This document shows, in pieces, positions 30,084 to 42,788 of a DNA stretch of 60,629 nt. The notes beneath the pieces are model-generated. The model was not told the DNA's origin and made no database searches. It worked only from the letters and a program-made list of their open reading frames with translations. The position numbers were made by a program, and so were the translations under genes. Positions within the stretch are counted from its first letter, which is position 1. Each line of letters begins with the position of its first letter. The stretch is from an uncultured Clostridia bacterium (GTDB lineage: Bacteria > Bacillota > Clostridia > TANB77 > UBA1234): contig CANQBB010000003.1 in NCBI GenBank assembly GCA_947588905.1, forward strand, positions 1 through 60,629, in the 5' to 3' direction.

Positions 30084-31226
30084 TTAAGTAATGAAATCAT
30101 CTTCAGGATTATCTTCGGAAGAGACATTTTCAGGTTCTTCCTCAGAAATTGTTTCAGCAGAGTCATTTACTTCAGGCACGTCTTTGAGTTCTTCATCAAT
30201 TTCTGGAGATGAACAATCGGAATTTTCTTCAAACTCTTCGTTTGAAAGCACCTCAGTGCTTTCGCCAGAACTTTCATTTGAATCGTTTTCAGATTCTCCG
30301 TATGGAAGCACTTCAAGGTCCTCGTCAGAATCTTCGTCTATGTCTTTATCAAAATCTTCATCATCAGAATCATCCACTTGATCTACAAAAAAGCCATGCA
30401 AACGTTTCCATATAGAAGGGTGTTTACTTCTTTCATCAATATCAGATTCTTCACCTTCATCCATGTCTTCAACAAAATCTTCATCATCAGAATCATCCAC
30501 TTGACCTACAAAAAAATCATGCAAGCGTTTCCAAATAGAAGGTCGTTTACTCTTTTCATCAACATCAGATTTTTCATCTTCATATTCATCTTCAATTTCT
30601 ACTTGCTCATCTTCAACATTCTCATCATTGTGCTTATCAGGGTTATGAGAGCAATCGTTACAAGGACATAGTTCACACATGTCTTGTTGCTCACAATCTT
30701 CACAACCACAAGGGTATATATCACAATTTTTATCATTATTTTCTATATTATTAGCTATCCGTTTTTTTCTACTATCATATATTCTGAAAATACAATTAGC
30801 TACTGTGCAAAGTGCCAAAGCAAGAATTACAGTAAGAATAATAACAATAATGAAATAACCTATACGTATCAGTGTTTTATACGGATGGGTATATGACCAC
30901 TCATAAACAGGAACTGTTCCATTCAAAACAAATCTGCAAGTTACATGTGCATTAGAATTCTTGTCTTTAATAGTAATAGTTGCATTGTCAATTATGAAAA
31001 TAGAATCTTTAGGAATATACACGATTTGGCTATCATTGCGCAAAAAAGAATCAATAGCTGCAATATACTCCTCTTCAAGAGAAGCATAGCCATATTGTGG
31101 CCATCTATAGGTATTTTTTACAGTTGGAGTAAAAATGGTACACGTTATAAAAAAAGAAAAAGTCAAGATAATTATGATGATACTGACAATAGTTTCCCGG
31201 AGAAGAAAGTGTTTTTTGTTACTCAT
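30084..31226 (-). CDS. Hypothetical membrane protein with Cys cluster and very acidic repeat-containing tail
   Basis: Two TM segments, CDIYPCGCEDCEQQDMCELCPCNDC, two copies of a ~34-aa repeat. Start at 31226 after ggagg. Two in-frame CGG triplets. Confidence 0.7.
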   Translation of the reverse strand: MSNKKHFLLRETIVSIIIIILTFSFFITCTIFTPTVKNTYRWPQYGYASLEEEYIAAIDSFLRNDSQIVYIPKDSIFIIDNATITIKDKNSNAHVTCRFVLNGTVPVYEWSYTHPYKTLIRIGYFIIVIILTVILALALCTVANCIFRIYDSRKKRIANNIENNDKNCDIYPCGCEDCEQQDMCELCPCNDCSHNPDKHNDENVEDEQVEIEDEYEDEKSDVDEKSKRPSIWKRLHDFFVGQVDDSDDEDFVEDMDEGEESDIDERSKHPSIWKRLHGFFVDQVDDSDDEDFDKDIDEDSDEDLEVLPYGESENDSNESSGESTEVLSNEEFEENSDCSSPEIDEELKDVPEVNDSAETISEEEPENVSSEDNPEDDFIT

Positions 31227-31502
31227 AAAGCAATCCTCCATTTAGTTGTTCTAGAATGATTGTTAGTCGAGAATGTGCAAAAAGAGAAATGAACCTCCTT
31301 CCTAATTTACACTTATTTAAGTGCTATTACATAACTATAAAAGCAGAATTATTATATCATGATATCTACATTATGTCAATATGATAAACTGATAATATAG
31401 CATATTTGCAACATTTTTGTAAAGATTATAATAAAACTTTTATTGCTAAAAAAAATATATATTGATATAATTAAATCAAATATACAAAAGAGAGGTCGAA
31501 AA

Positions 31503-32489
31503 ATGGAAAATTATAATATTTCAAATGAAGAAATTGAAAGAAGCAATAGTATTATAAAAGCTATTTCAAATTATTATACTTCAAGGATAGTAGGACAAAA
31601 AAATTTGCAAATTTCATTACTTATATCTTTAATTGCTAATGGGCACATATTAGTCGAATCAGTACCAGGATTAGCTAAAACTACTGCAGCAAAAGTTTTA
31701 ACTGAAAGTTGTGGCGGTAAGTTTTCTAGAATTCAATGTACACCAGATTTATTACCTAGTGACATTGTTGGTACACAAACTTATAATGCTAAAACAGGAG
31801 AGTTTGAAACAAAGATTGGACCAGTATGTGCAAATTTTGTGCTTTTAGATGAAATAAATAGATCAAGTTCTAAAACACAAAGTGCTATGTTAGAAGCGAT
31901 GCAAGAAAGACAAGTAAGCATAGGAGGAGAAATTTATAAACTACCTGATGTATTTATTGTAATCGCTACACAAAACCCAATAGAACAAGAAGGAACTTAT
32001 CCACTAGCTGAAGCACAGCAAGATAGATTTATTATTAAAGAAACATTAAATTATCCTACATCTATTGAGGAACTAGAAGTTTTAAATAGAGTTGAAAAGA
32101 ATATATTTAATCAAAGTGAAAAAGTTGTTGATTTGGAAGATATAAAATATTTACAAGAATTAAGTAAAAAAGTTTATATGGATGATTCGGTAAAAAAATA
32201 TTTAATAAATATTGTATATGCAACGAGGAATACATCAAAGGTAATTAAACCAGAACTTGCAAAATATGTAACGAGTGGGGCAAGTACAAGAGCTTCTATA
32301 GCTTTTATGGATGCTAGTAAAGCATTGGCTTTAATAAAAGGAAGAACTTATGTTACACCAGATGATATTAAAGAAATAAGTGCTAGTATATTGAGACATA
32401 GAATTACTATGAATTTTGAGGCTATTGCAGATGAAGTAAAAGTAGAAACTATAATTGATGCAATAATAGCTTCATTAAAAACACCATAA
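31503..32489 (+). CDS. MoxR-family AAA+ ATPase
   Basis: HILVESVPGLAKT, RIQCTPDLLPSDIVG, LLDEINR, ATQNPIEQEGTYPLAEAQQDRF. Confidence 0.93.
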   Translation: MENYNISNEEIERSNSIIKAISNYYTSRIVGQKNLQISLLISLIANGHILVESVPGLAKTTAAKVLTESCGGKFSRIQCTPDLLPSDIVGTQTYNAKTGEFETKIGPVCANFVLLDEINRSSSKTQSAMLEAMQERQVSIGGEIYKLPDVFIVIATQNPIEQEGTYPLAEAQQDRFIIKETLNYPTSIEELEVLNRVEKNIFNQSEKVVDLEDIKYLQELSKKVYMDDSVKKYLINIVYATRNTSKVIKPELAKYVTSGASTRASIAFMDASKALALIKGRTYVTPDDIKEISASILRHRITMNFEAIADEVKVETIIDAIIASLKTP

Positions 32490-32512
32490 TATGAATATGG
32501 GAGAACTATATT

Positions 32513-33382
32513 ATGAATATGAAATATATAACGAAAGTTAAAGCCAATTTATCAATTTACACGAAGAAAAAAACTTCAAATATTCTTGAAGGATCATATA
32601 ATTCAATATATAAAGGTAGAAGTATGAATTTTGAAGATTTAAGAGAATATGTAGTTGGAGATAATGTTAAGGATATAGATTGGAAAGCTTCTGCAAGAAG
32701 TAATAAAATCTTAATTAAACAATATATTGCAGAAAAAAAACATAATATTTTGTTTATTTTAGATTCGGGTAAAAAGATGCTAGCAGATACAAGAGATTTA
32801 GACTCAAAAAAAGAAGTTGCATTGATGAGTATAGGAACGATAGGCTATTTAGTTGATAAACATGGAGATTCCATTAGTGCAATATTTAAATCTAGAAATA
32901 GTATAAAATTATTTCCATTTAAAACAGGAATTTATAACTTAGAAGAAATATTAGAAACATATGATAAAGAAATTGGTGCGGAGAATGATTTAGATAAGCT
33001 AGTAAATTATGTATTAAAATATATTAGAAGAAGAATGATTATTTTTATTGTTACAGACATTAAGGGAATGAGTGATATTTCTGAAGAAACATTAAGAAGA
33101 CTTTCTTTATTACATGATGTAATGTTTATAAATATATCTGATGCATTTATGACAGGATATAATGCTTTTGATGTTGAACAAAATTGTTATATACCAGATT
33201 TTATTTTAGAAGATGAAAAGTTAAAAGATATAGAATTGAAAGTAAAAACTGAAATATATGACGAAATAAAAGATAGGTTCAAAAAATATAAAATAATTAC
33301 TACTACAATAAATCAGCAAAAAGATATAGTAAATGATATTTTTAAGTTATTAGAAAGGCGAAAAAATGCAAACATCTATTAA
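32513..33382 (+). CDS. DUF58-family protein
   Basis: GRSMNFEDLREYVVGDNVKDIDWKASAR; follows moxR. Confidence 0.9.
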   Translation: MNMKYITKVKANLSIYTKKKTSNILEGSYNSIYKGRSMNFEDLREYVVGDNVKDIDWKASARSNKILIKQYIAEKKHNILFILDSGKKMLADTRDLDSKKEVALMSIGTIGYLVDKHGDSISAIFKSRNSIKLFPFKTGIYNLEEILETYDKEIGAENDLDKLVNYVLKYIRRRMIIFIVTDIKGMSDISEETLRRLSLLHDVMFINISDAFMTGYNAFDVEQNCYIPDFILEDEKLKDIELKVKTEIYDEIKDRFKKYKIITTTINQQKDIVNDIFKLLERRKNANIY

Positions 33383-33836
33383 TTTACAAGAACCTTTTAC
33401 ATATTCAATTATTCCATTAGTATTTTTAGTTATTATCATAATGATACTTATTTACTTTTTATTAAAGAATAGAAAAATAGTAACTGTGGAAAAAGAAATT
33501 GTAAAAGAGATTCCGGAAAAAAATATAAAGAATATTCCTGTAATTAAAAATAAATATTTAAAACAATTAGATAAAATAAATAAAGAATTTAAAGAAAATC
33601 TAATTACTCTTAGAGAGGCTTATCAATCAATAAGTGAAGTTATTAGATTGTTTGTTTTTGAAGTTACAGATATTACTACGCAAAACTATACTTTAACAGA
33701 AATAAAGAAACTTGATTTGCCAGTTATTTATGAGTTAATTGAAGAATATTATGAACCAGAATTTGCAAGTAAATCTATAGGAGATTTTGATGCGTCTATC
33801 AATAAAACAAGGAGAATTATAAACGAATGGAATTGA
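33366..33836 (+). CDS. Small membrane protein of the MoxR/Bat-like operon
   Basis: N-terminal TM helix; overlaps both neighbours. Confidence 0.7.
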   Translation: MQTSINLQEPFTYSIIPLVFLVIIIMILIYFLLKNRKIVTVEKEIVKEIPEKNIKNIPVIKNKYLKQLDKINKEFKENLITLREAYQSISEVIRLFVFEVTDITTQNYTLTEIKKLDLPVIYELIEEYYEPEFASKSIGDFDASINKTRRIINEWN

Positions 33837-34873
33837 TGAATCCAATTATAATAATTATTTGTTTAATAATTTCTATAGCAATATTTTTTATAAATTTTAA
33901 TAGAAAAAAGAAATATACTACAGGGAAAAAAGTTGCTAATACTGAAATTATAAAAGAAACAGAATATTATAAATCTAGAATAACTAGATATAAAATTTTA
34001 TCTATGCTAATAAAAATATTAAATGTTTTATGCATATTGCTTGTAAGTATTCTTATAGCTAGACCTATAACGATTCAAACTAAAACAGAAGAAAAGCTCA
34101 GTAGAGATATTATTTTAAGTATAGACATATCAACATCACAAAATGATGTTAATTTAGAATTAGTAAAAAAATTTAAAAGCTTAATTCATAAAATTGAAGG
34201 TGACAGAATCGGAATAATCATTTATAATACGTCACCTGTTGTATTTTGTCCTTTGACAGATGATTATGATTATATTAACGAGAAACTTGATGTAATTACG
34301 CGACAAATTGAACTTATAATAAAGAATAATGGTGTTGTTCCAACTTTGACAATGGCAGATGATGAAGAAACATATGCTTTTTGGAATGGTGGAACAATTG
34401 CCAATAATGCTGAAAGGGGTAGCTCATTAGTCGGAGATGGTTTAGCAGGAGCAATATTTTCATTTCCAGATTTAAAAACAGATAGCGATAGAACAAGGAT
34501 TATTGTTTTTGCTACAGATAATTATGTTTTAGGAACAGAAACAGTTACACTTGAGGATGCATGTATTCTTTGTAAACAATATGGAATAAATTTATATGCT
34601 TATTGTCCTTCAACAGATATGAATAAATATGCTACAACAGAAAGAATAAATTCATATAAAAAAGCAGTAGAACAAAATGCTGGAGGAAAATTTTATACAG
34701 GTGATTTAGACAAGATGACATCTAACATAGTTGATGAAATTCATCAAACAAAAGCTACAGCTTTGAAAACCGACAAGAAAACGTATGTAACAGATCATCC
34801 AGAATTTTTAGTAATTAGTATTGTGATATTATATATAATTTTAATTATTATAGAGAAAAGGATTAAGTTATGA
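33827..34873 (+). CDS. vWA-domain membrane protein (BatA-like)
   Basis: ARP after a TM helix, MIDAS-like DISTS, RIGII, PLTDDY, SSLVGDGL, FATDN, C-terminal TM. Confidence 0.82.
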   Translation: MELMNPIIIIICLIISIAIFFINFNRKKKYTTGKKVANTEIIKETEYYKSRITRYKILSMLIKILNVLCILLVSILIARPITIQTKTEEKLSRDIILSIDISTSQNDVNLELVKKFKSLIHKIEGDRIGIIIYNTSPVVFCPLTDDYDYINEKLDVITRQIELIIKNNGVVPTLTMADDEETYAFWNGGTIANNAERGSSLVGDGLAGAIFSFPDLKTDSDRTRIIVFATDNYVLGTETVTLEDACILCKQYGINLYAYCPSTDMNKYATTERINSYKKAVEQNAGGKFYTGDLDKMTSNIVDEIHQTKATALKTDKKTYVTDHPEFLVISIVILYIILIIIEKRIKL

Positions 34874-35910
34874 TAATAAAACCGATAATTCCTATTTGGC
34901 TTATGTCGATTATATGTATAATTGCAATTTTTATTATAATATTTAATAAGCCTTTGAAAAATATTTTATTAAAAAAACAAGAAAATAAATCAACAGAGCG
35001 ACAAAGAAAACTTATTATGCAGCATATACTAAATGTTTGTATAAAAATATGTATAATTATTTTGTTGTTTATTATTAATTTAAGATTTATGATTCCTAAT
35101 GGAGAAGTGTCTGTACTAAATCCAAATATAAATATTTTATTTGTTATTGATAAAACTGTTAGTATGAGAGCATTAGATTATAATAATGGTAAAGAAAGAC
35201 TTGAAGGGGTTAAGAATGATTGTTGTTATATAGTAGATAAATTACCAAATTGTAAATACTCTATTATTACTTTTGGAGATTTAGCACAGAGGATAGTTCC
35301 TTTTACAAGTGATACTAGCATAATACAATCAGAGATTAAAGCCATATCAGTTGAAGATGGTTCTTATGCAAAAGGAACGTCCCTTAATATAGTTAAGAAT
35401 TCACTAGAAGAGACATTGAAAAATGAAAAAGAGAAGCGAGGAGAAAATGTTAAATTTTTAGTGTTCTTTATTTCTGATGGAGAGATAACTATGAAAAATG
35501 AAAAATTAGAATCATTTTCTAATATACAAAAATATGTTGATGATGGTGCGGTAATGGGTTATGGAACAGAAGAAGGCGGAAAAATGGTTTGGAGTCTATA
35601 TGAAGATAATCCTGCTAGTAGCTCATATTATAAACATTACTATGATGAGAATTATAATAGCCATTTAGCTATATCTAAAATAGATGAAAACAATCTTAAA
35701 CAATTATCATCTGACTTAAAGATTGATTATATTCAAATGAGTAAAACATCTAATATAGATAATAAAATTAAGAGTATAAAAAAACAAATTGAAAATTCTG
35801 GAGTTAGTGAAGATACAGAAAGTTTTTATCAAGATATATATTATTATTTTGCAATTCCACTTGTGATTTTATTATTAGCTGACTTTATACTACAAAAAAG
35901 GAGATTATAA
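34870..35910 (+). CDS. vWA-domain membrane protein (BatB-like)
   Basis: VIDKTVSMRALD, PFTSD, GTSL, FISDGE, MGYGTEEGG, C-terminal TM. Confidence 0.82.
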   Translation: MIIKPIIPIWLMSIICIIAIFIIIFNKPLKNILLKKQENKSTERQRKLIMQHILNVCIKICIIILLFIINLRFMIPNGEVSVLNPNINILFVIDKTVSMRALDYNNGKERLEGVKNDCCYIVDKLPNCKYSIITFGDLAQRIVPFTSDTSIIQSEIKAISVEDGSYAKGTSLNIVKNSLEETLKNEKEKRGENVKFLVFFISDGEITMKNEKLESFSNIQKYVDDGAVMGYGTEEGGKMVWSLYEDNPASSSYYKHYYDENYNSHLAISKIDENNLKQLSSDLKIDYIQMSKTSNIDNKIKSIKKQIENSGVSEDTESFYQDIYYYFAIPLVILLLADFILQKRRL

Positions 35911-36600
35911 TGAAAAGAAAATTATTATTTTCAGTATTCATTATTTGTATATTGATTTCTTTAAAATTATTATGCAATATAATTACAAATAATATTTTAA
36001 TAAATAAATATAACATGGGAGAATACTCAGAGGGATTATCAAAATCATTATTTTTTTTAAACATACAACAAGGTTATATTGCAAATTATAATTATGGCAA
36101 TGTATTGTATAATAATGAAAAATATGAAGAAGCAATAGAGCAATATAAAGACGCGTTAAATAAAAATGTACCAAAGAAAAAAGAATGCGATATAAGAGTT
36201 AATTATGCATTAGCAATTTGCAAAACTGTTGAAGTAGATGAAAATGACGAAAATAGTATAAATGAAGCTATAAAAAAATATGAAACAGCTATAGATGTTT
36301 TGCTTGAAGATCGGATGTGCTAGTGAAGATGGTAAATCAGGTCATGATGCTGATGCAGAACAATTAAAAAAGGATATTGAAAAAGAAATTGAAAGATTGA
36401 AAAATTTACAAAATAATGATGAAAATAATAAAGACGAAAAAGATGACGAAAAAGATGATAGCAAATCAAATGAGGAAATTCAATCTATAGAAGAAAAAAT
36501 TCAAGAAATAAAAGATGAGGCAACAAAGGAGCAAAGAGATAAAGAAAATAAATATAGAGATTATAACAGTGATTACAATGGGTCAAATATGAATTGGTAG
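35910..36600 (+). CDS. TPR protein with charged tail (BatC-like), split by a +1 frameshift at CGG (extra C at 36312)
   Basis: TPR motif YNYGNVLYNNEKYEEAIEQYKDAL. Frame 0 ends LLED-R(CGG)-MC*. Skipping C36312 gives LLEDGCASEDG..., joining 36295..36600 into 229 aa. Confidence 0.72.
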
Positions 36601-36716
36601 AAAAATTACAAAATTAACGTAATAATTTTGTAATTAAAACTTAATATTTCATAACATTGTAAAAAAATGTAATTGTAATATAATTTAAATATAGTTATAT
36701 ATAAAGGAGGAAAGCT

Positions 36717-38849
36717 ATGGATAATAATGAAAATGGTAATGGATTATTAGAATTTTCTAATGAAACTACTACAACTAATTCGGATAATGGAACAAATTCA
36801 AATAATGTAGTAGATACTCCAAACCAAAACGTAAGTAATACTACTGATTCAAATGGAAGTAAAAAGGGTGGAGCAGGAAAAGTAATTGCAATAATAATAG
36901 GTATTGTAGTAGTGGTTGGACTTATTACTTGGGGAGTATTTGCATTTTCTAATAAAGGTTTATTTGGATCAAAAGTTTTTGCTTCTAAAGGTCAAAGGTT
37001 TATGCAATTAGCCACAACGGATCAAAAATTTTTATCTGTTTTTGAAGCAAGTAAAAATACAGAACAAATAAATACAAATGTTGAAATTAAAGTTGATGAA
37101 TTAGCAAAAGCATTTGGTGGACAAAATTTAGGTATAGGTAATTTCTTGATTGATACTAAGGAAATTAGTAAAGGCGAAGATTATTCTTTATCAATGTTAT
37201 TATCTGTTGATGAAATTAAAGATGCCAAGATAGAACTTCAAGTTGCTAAAACAGGAGATATTATTGGAATAAATATCCCTGAAATAATGAATAAATTTAT
37301 TGCTGCTGATTTGAGTGATATTGATGGATTGCAAAATAATCTAAAAAAATTAGGATTATTAGAAAATGAAATATATAATTCTTCAGATGAAGATAATGAA
37401 GCTAATGAGAAAAAGATAGAAGAATTCGAAGAACTATTAAAAAAATATTTAAATGTATTTGCTAATAACATAAGTGATTATGTTGAAAAAACATCTAATG
37501 TAACAGTTAGTGTTGGAGGGCATTCTGAAGATGCTACAGAGTATGTATTTGAATTAAATAGTAAAAACATAGTAGAATTAGGAATTATACTTGAAAAAGA
37601 ATTATTAAAAAATAAAGATGATATTGAAAAATTATCTGAATTAGGACTAATTGAAGACATAGATGAATTTACTACAAAATTAGAGGAAAATATAAAAGAT
37701 AACGAAGAAATGTTAGAAGCAGACAAACTTGGTACTTCAACTGAAGAAATCATGTCAATTAAGTTATATGAAAAAGGTGGAAAAAATATTGCTACAGTAT
37801 TTGATATAGCAAATGAAGTAAAAATTGGATTATATGTATTTGAAGAATCAAAAGGCAATTATGATTTTGTATTCCAAGTAAAATCAATATCAAGTGATGA
37901 TATGGAATTGTTAGTTGATTGGACAATGCAAGAAAGCGGAAATATAAAAAATGGTTCTTTAGGATTTACATATAATTATGGTGATGAAGAAATTAAAGCA
38001 ACAGTTTGTGATGTGGAAATTGAAGAATTATCTAAAGCAACTGATGATTTAATTACTATAGATAAATCAAATGCTCTTCTACTAAATGATGCAACACAAG
38101 AAGACATTAAAGATTTTGCTGAAGAAGTATCTGAAAATGTACAAAAGCTTGTAGGAAATATAGCTACAAATATTGATGATACGGTAGTAAATAATGATAA
38201 TACATTACCTAGTATAGATGATAATGATGACGACGATGATATTATATTGCCTAATGTAGATAATAATAACGATAATAATAGTAGTACTTCTTCTAATAAT
38301 ACTAGCAATGTTACTGGTAAGAAAATAGATGTTTCAAAAGGCTTTATCAAAGCTGGTCAAGAATTATACAATAAAGTTGAACCTAAAATGACAAGAGCAC
38401 AAGTTATTGCTGCTATTGGAGAGCCAACTAAGAACAAAGAATATGAAAGCATTTTTGGAGATGATAGTGAATTTTTAATGTACATTGCAGATGGAATGGA
38501 TGCAACAGAAGTTTTAAGAGTATGTTTAACTAATGGAATAGTTACAACGGTCGAAATACCAGTAGCATCATCTAATATAACAAAAATTTATTTATCAAAA
38601 GAATTAAATACAGATATTGAAGATTTAAGTGCAATTCTTGATAATGTAAAAACAGATATGACACTTGAAGATGTTGAAAAAATATTAGGTAAAAATTATT
38701 ATCAATCTAGAAAAACAGCATATGATTCATATGAGTATACTTGGTATGATAAAAAAGATAATCATGCTGTAGTATATATAGGTGGAGTGCTAAGAAATGG
38801 AACTACTAAGGAATTAGTTTCAGGTACATCATTTTCTGAATTATGGTAA
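36717..38849 (+). CDS. Membrane-anchored acidic extracellular protein with two C-terminal BLIP/DUF3862-like repeats
   Basis: Asn/Thr-rich N-terminus, single TM, paralogous core shared with 39007, repeats MTRAQVIAAIGEP / MTLEDVEKILGK. Confidence 0.7.
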   Translation: MDNNENGNGLLEFSNETTTTNSDNGTNSNNVVDTPNQNVSNTTDSNGSKKGGAGKVIAIIIGIVVVVGLITWGVFAFSNKGLFGSKVFASKGQRFMQLATTDQKFLSVFEASKNTEQINTNVEIKVDELAKAFGGQNLGIGNFLIDTKEISKGEDYSLSMLLSVDEIKDAKIELQVAKTGDIIGINIPEIMNKFIAADLSDIDGLQNNLKKLGLLENEIYNSSDEDNEANEKKIEEFEELLKKYLNVFANNISDYVEKTSNVTVSVGGHSEDATEYVFELNSKNIVELGIILEKELLKNKDDIEKLSELGLIEDIDEFTTKLEENIKDNEEMLEADKLGTSTEEIMSIKLYEKGGKNIATVFDIANEVKIGLYVFEESKGNYDFVFQVKSISSDDMELLVDWTMQESGNIKNGSLGFTYNYGDEEIKATVCDVEIEELSKATDDLITIDKSNALLLNDATQEDIKDFAEEVSENVQKLVGNIATNIDDTVVNNDNTLPSIDDNDDDDDIILPNVDNNNDNNSSTSSNNTSNVTGKKIDVSKGFIKAGQELYNKVEPKMTRAQVIAAIGEPTKNKEYESIFGDDSEFLMYIADGMDATEVLRVCLTNGIVTTVEIPVASSNITKIYLSKELNTDIEDLSAILDNVKTDMTLEDVEKILGKNYYQSRKTAYDSYEYTWYDKKDNHAVVYIGGVLRNGTTKELVSGTSFSELW

Positions 38850-38865
38850 AAAAATATAAATAAAG

Positions 38866-38912
38866 AAAAAGGTATCTTAAGCTGAATTGATTTTAGCTAA
38901 GATACCTTTTTT
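38866..38912 (+). terminator. Intrinsic terminator
   Basis: aaaaaggtatctta / taagataccttttt inverted repeat. Confidence 0.75.
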
Positions 38913-39006
38913 GTACAGAACTATAGTGATTTTTACAAAATATATTGAATTATTTTATAAAATATAATAATATTAAAATTGATAAATTATATGAGGGGGT
39001 ATTATA

Positions 39007-40434
39007 TTGAATACAGATAATGAAGAAAAAAAAGATGAAGTAATTGAAGAAAATGTTTCAAACGAAGAAACTAATAATGTAGAAGAAAATAATGAAGTTG
39101 TTGAAAACACTTCAAATAATGAACATTTGAATAATCAAAATGATTCAAATGTTTCAGAAACAAATAATCAAGAACCAAAAGGTAATGGTTGGACAGTTAT
39201 TTTAAGTTTGATAATAATTATAGTTGCTATAGGAATAATAGTGTATGGAATTGTAACATTTTTTGGAAAGAGTAATGTATCTAAAGGAAAAAAATTTATG
39301 GAATTAGCTACATCAAATCAAAAAATTCTTGAGCTAATAGATACAGAAAAAATGGAAAATGGACAAACAAATGTAAAAGCAACTGTTGATATTGATAATA
39401 TTGTAACTCAAATGGGAAAAGAAGCAACTGGAGTAGGAACCTTGAGCTTAGACAATGTACAAATTGTAGATGACAAAAACTATTCTTCTTCTACGAAAAT
39501 ATCTTTAGGAAATATAAAAGCAGAACTTCAACTTGTTAAAACAGGAGATATATTTGGAGTTAATATACCAGAAATAACAGATAAATTTATTGGAATAGAT
39601 ACAAATGATTTAGATGGATTGGTTAATAATTTAAGAAGATTAGGAATATTAACAAATACCCAAGACAATGATTATACAGAAGAACAATCAAAAGAACTTA
39701 TGGAAATATTTAAGAAATATTATGAAGTTGCTGTTGAGAATATGGGAGAATTTATAGTAGAGAATTCTAATGTTAGTATAAGTTTACATGGAAAAACAGA
39801 TACTGCTAATGAATATGTATTTACCATAAACGGAGAAGCATATTTAAAAATTGGTGTTGCTGTTGAAAAGGAACTTGTAAAAAACAAAAGCGATTTAGAA
39901 AAATTAGCTGAACTTGGACTAATTGAAAATGCTGATGAAACTTTAGAAAAAATTGAAAATGATATAGAAAAAAATGAAGAAGATATAAAAAATGGAGCAT
40001 ACAATAATGAGTCTTTCGCAACTATTACATTAAAACTATATGAAAAGAAAGGCAAAAATATTGCAACAGTTATTGAAGCTAATGGAGCTAGACTTGGATT
40101 ATATGTTTTTGAAACATCAAAAGATAATTATGAAATTGATTTTGAAAGTATAAATGGAGGTTCAAATATTATAGTATATTGGAATACAGAAAAGGCGGAA
40201 AACAATATAAGTAATGGTACAGTTGGAATTGTATATAATGACAAAGACATTAAAGTAACAGATATTACTTGTGAAAAATTAGATCAAGTTGAAGATGAGT
40301 TAATAACTATATCTGGAGACAATGTTTTATTACTTAACTCTGCAACAGAAGAAGATTTAGATAACTTTTCTAGTGCAGTATCAACAAATCTTCAAAAATA
40401 TTTTATGAAATTACTTTTGGGTGTACAAGAGTAA
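39007..40434 (+). CDS. Membrane-anchored acidic extracellular protein, paralogue of 36717
   Basis: Shared blocks SKG.+FM.LAT..QK, ELQ..KTGDI.G.NIPEI..KFI, KLYEK.GKNIATV, LLLN.AT.ED. Confidence 0.7.
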   Translation: MNTDNEEKKDEVIEENVSNEETNNVEENNEVVENTSNNEHLNNQNDSNVSETNNQEPKGNGWTVILSLIIIIVAIGIIVYGIVTFFGKSNVSKGKKFMELATSNQKILELIDTEKMENGQTNVKATVDIDNIVTQMGKEATGVGTLSLDNVQIVDDKNYSSSTKISLGNIKAELQLVKTGDIFGVNIPEITDKFIGIDTNDLDGLVNNLRRLGILTNTQDNDYTEEQSKELMEIFKKYYEVAVENMGEFIVENSNVSISLHGKTDTANEYVFTINGEAYLKIGVAVEKELVKNKSDLEKLAELGLIENADETLEKIENDIEKNEEDIKNGAYNNESFATITLKLYEKKGKNIATVIEANGARLGLYVFETSKDNYEIDFESINGGSNIIVYWNTEKAENNISNGTVGIVYNDKDIKVTDITCEKLDQVEDELITISGDNVLLLNSATEEDLDNFSSAVSTNLQKYFMKLLLGVQE

Positions 40435-40490
40435 CATAAATTATGGTAAATTTGGTCGATGAAATTATTGTGAAATTTAATAACAATCTA

Positions 40491-40519
40491 TTGACTTTTA
40501 ACGTATAATTTTATATATT
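40491..40519 (+). promoter_or_regulatory. Sigma-A promoter of groESL
   Basis: TTGACT-N17-TATATT immediately upstream of the CIRCE. Confidence 0.65.
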
Positions 40520-40521
40520 AA

Positions 40522-40854
<333 letters not shown>

Positions 40855-40902
40855 TTTACATAAATAAAAATCTTTATTGTTCATAAAAAGAAAGGATGAT
40901 AA

Positions 40903-42540
<1,638 letters not shown>

Positions 42541-42561
42541 TATAAAAAAGTAAAATTTATA

Positions 42562-42599
42562 AAGGGGCTGTAAAAAACTCAATTTACAGCCTCTTTTTT
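42562..42599 (+). terminator. Intrinsic terminator after groEL
   Basis: ggggctgtaaa / tttacagcctc stem plus T run. Confidence 0.75.
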
Positions 42600-42788
42600 G
42601 TCAAACTAATAGTAAATTGTAAGATGATAATATAAGGCACAAATATTAGTTAAAAAGATTGACATAATACGTATAAACGTGATATAATCTGCTCAATTAA
42701 ATCGTTATGTAAAAATCTTTTTATAAAGGATTTGGTATAGGATAGTAATTGCCATGTTTTACTAACATTAAAAGGAGGGTGAAACATC

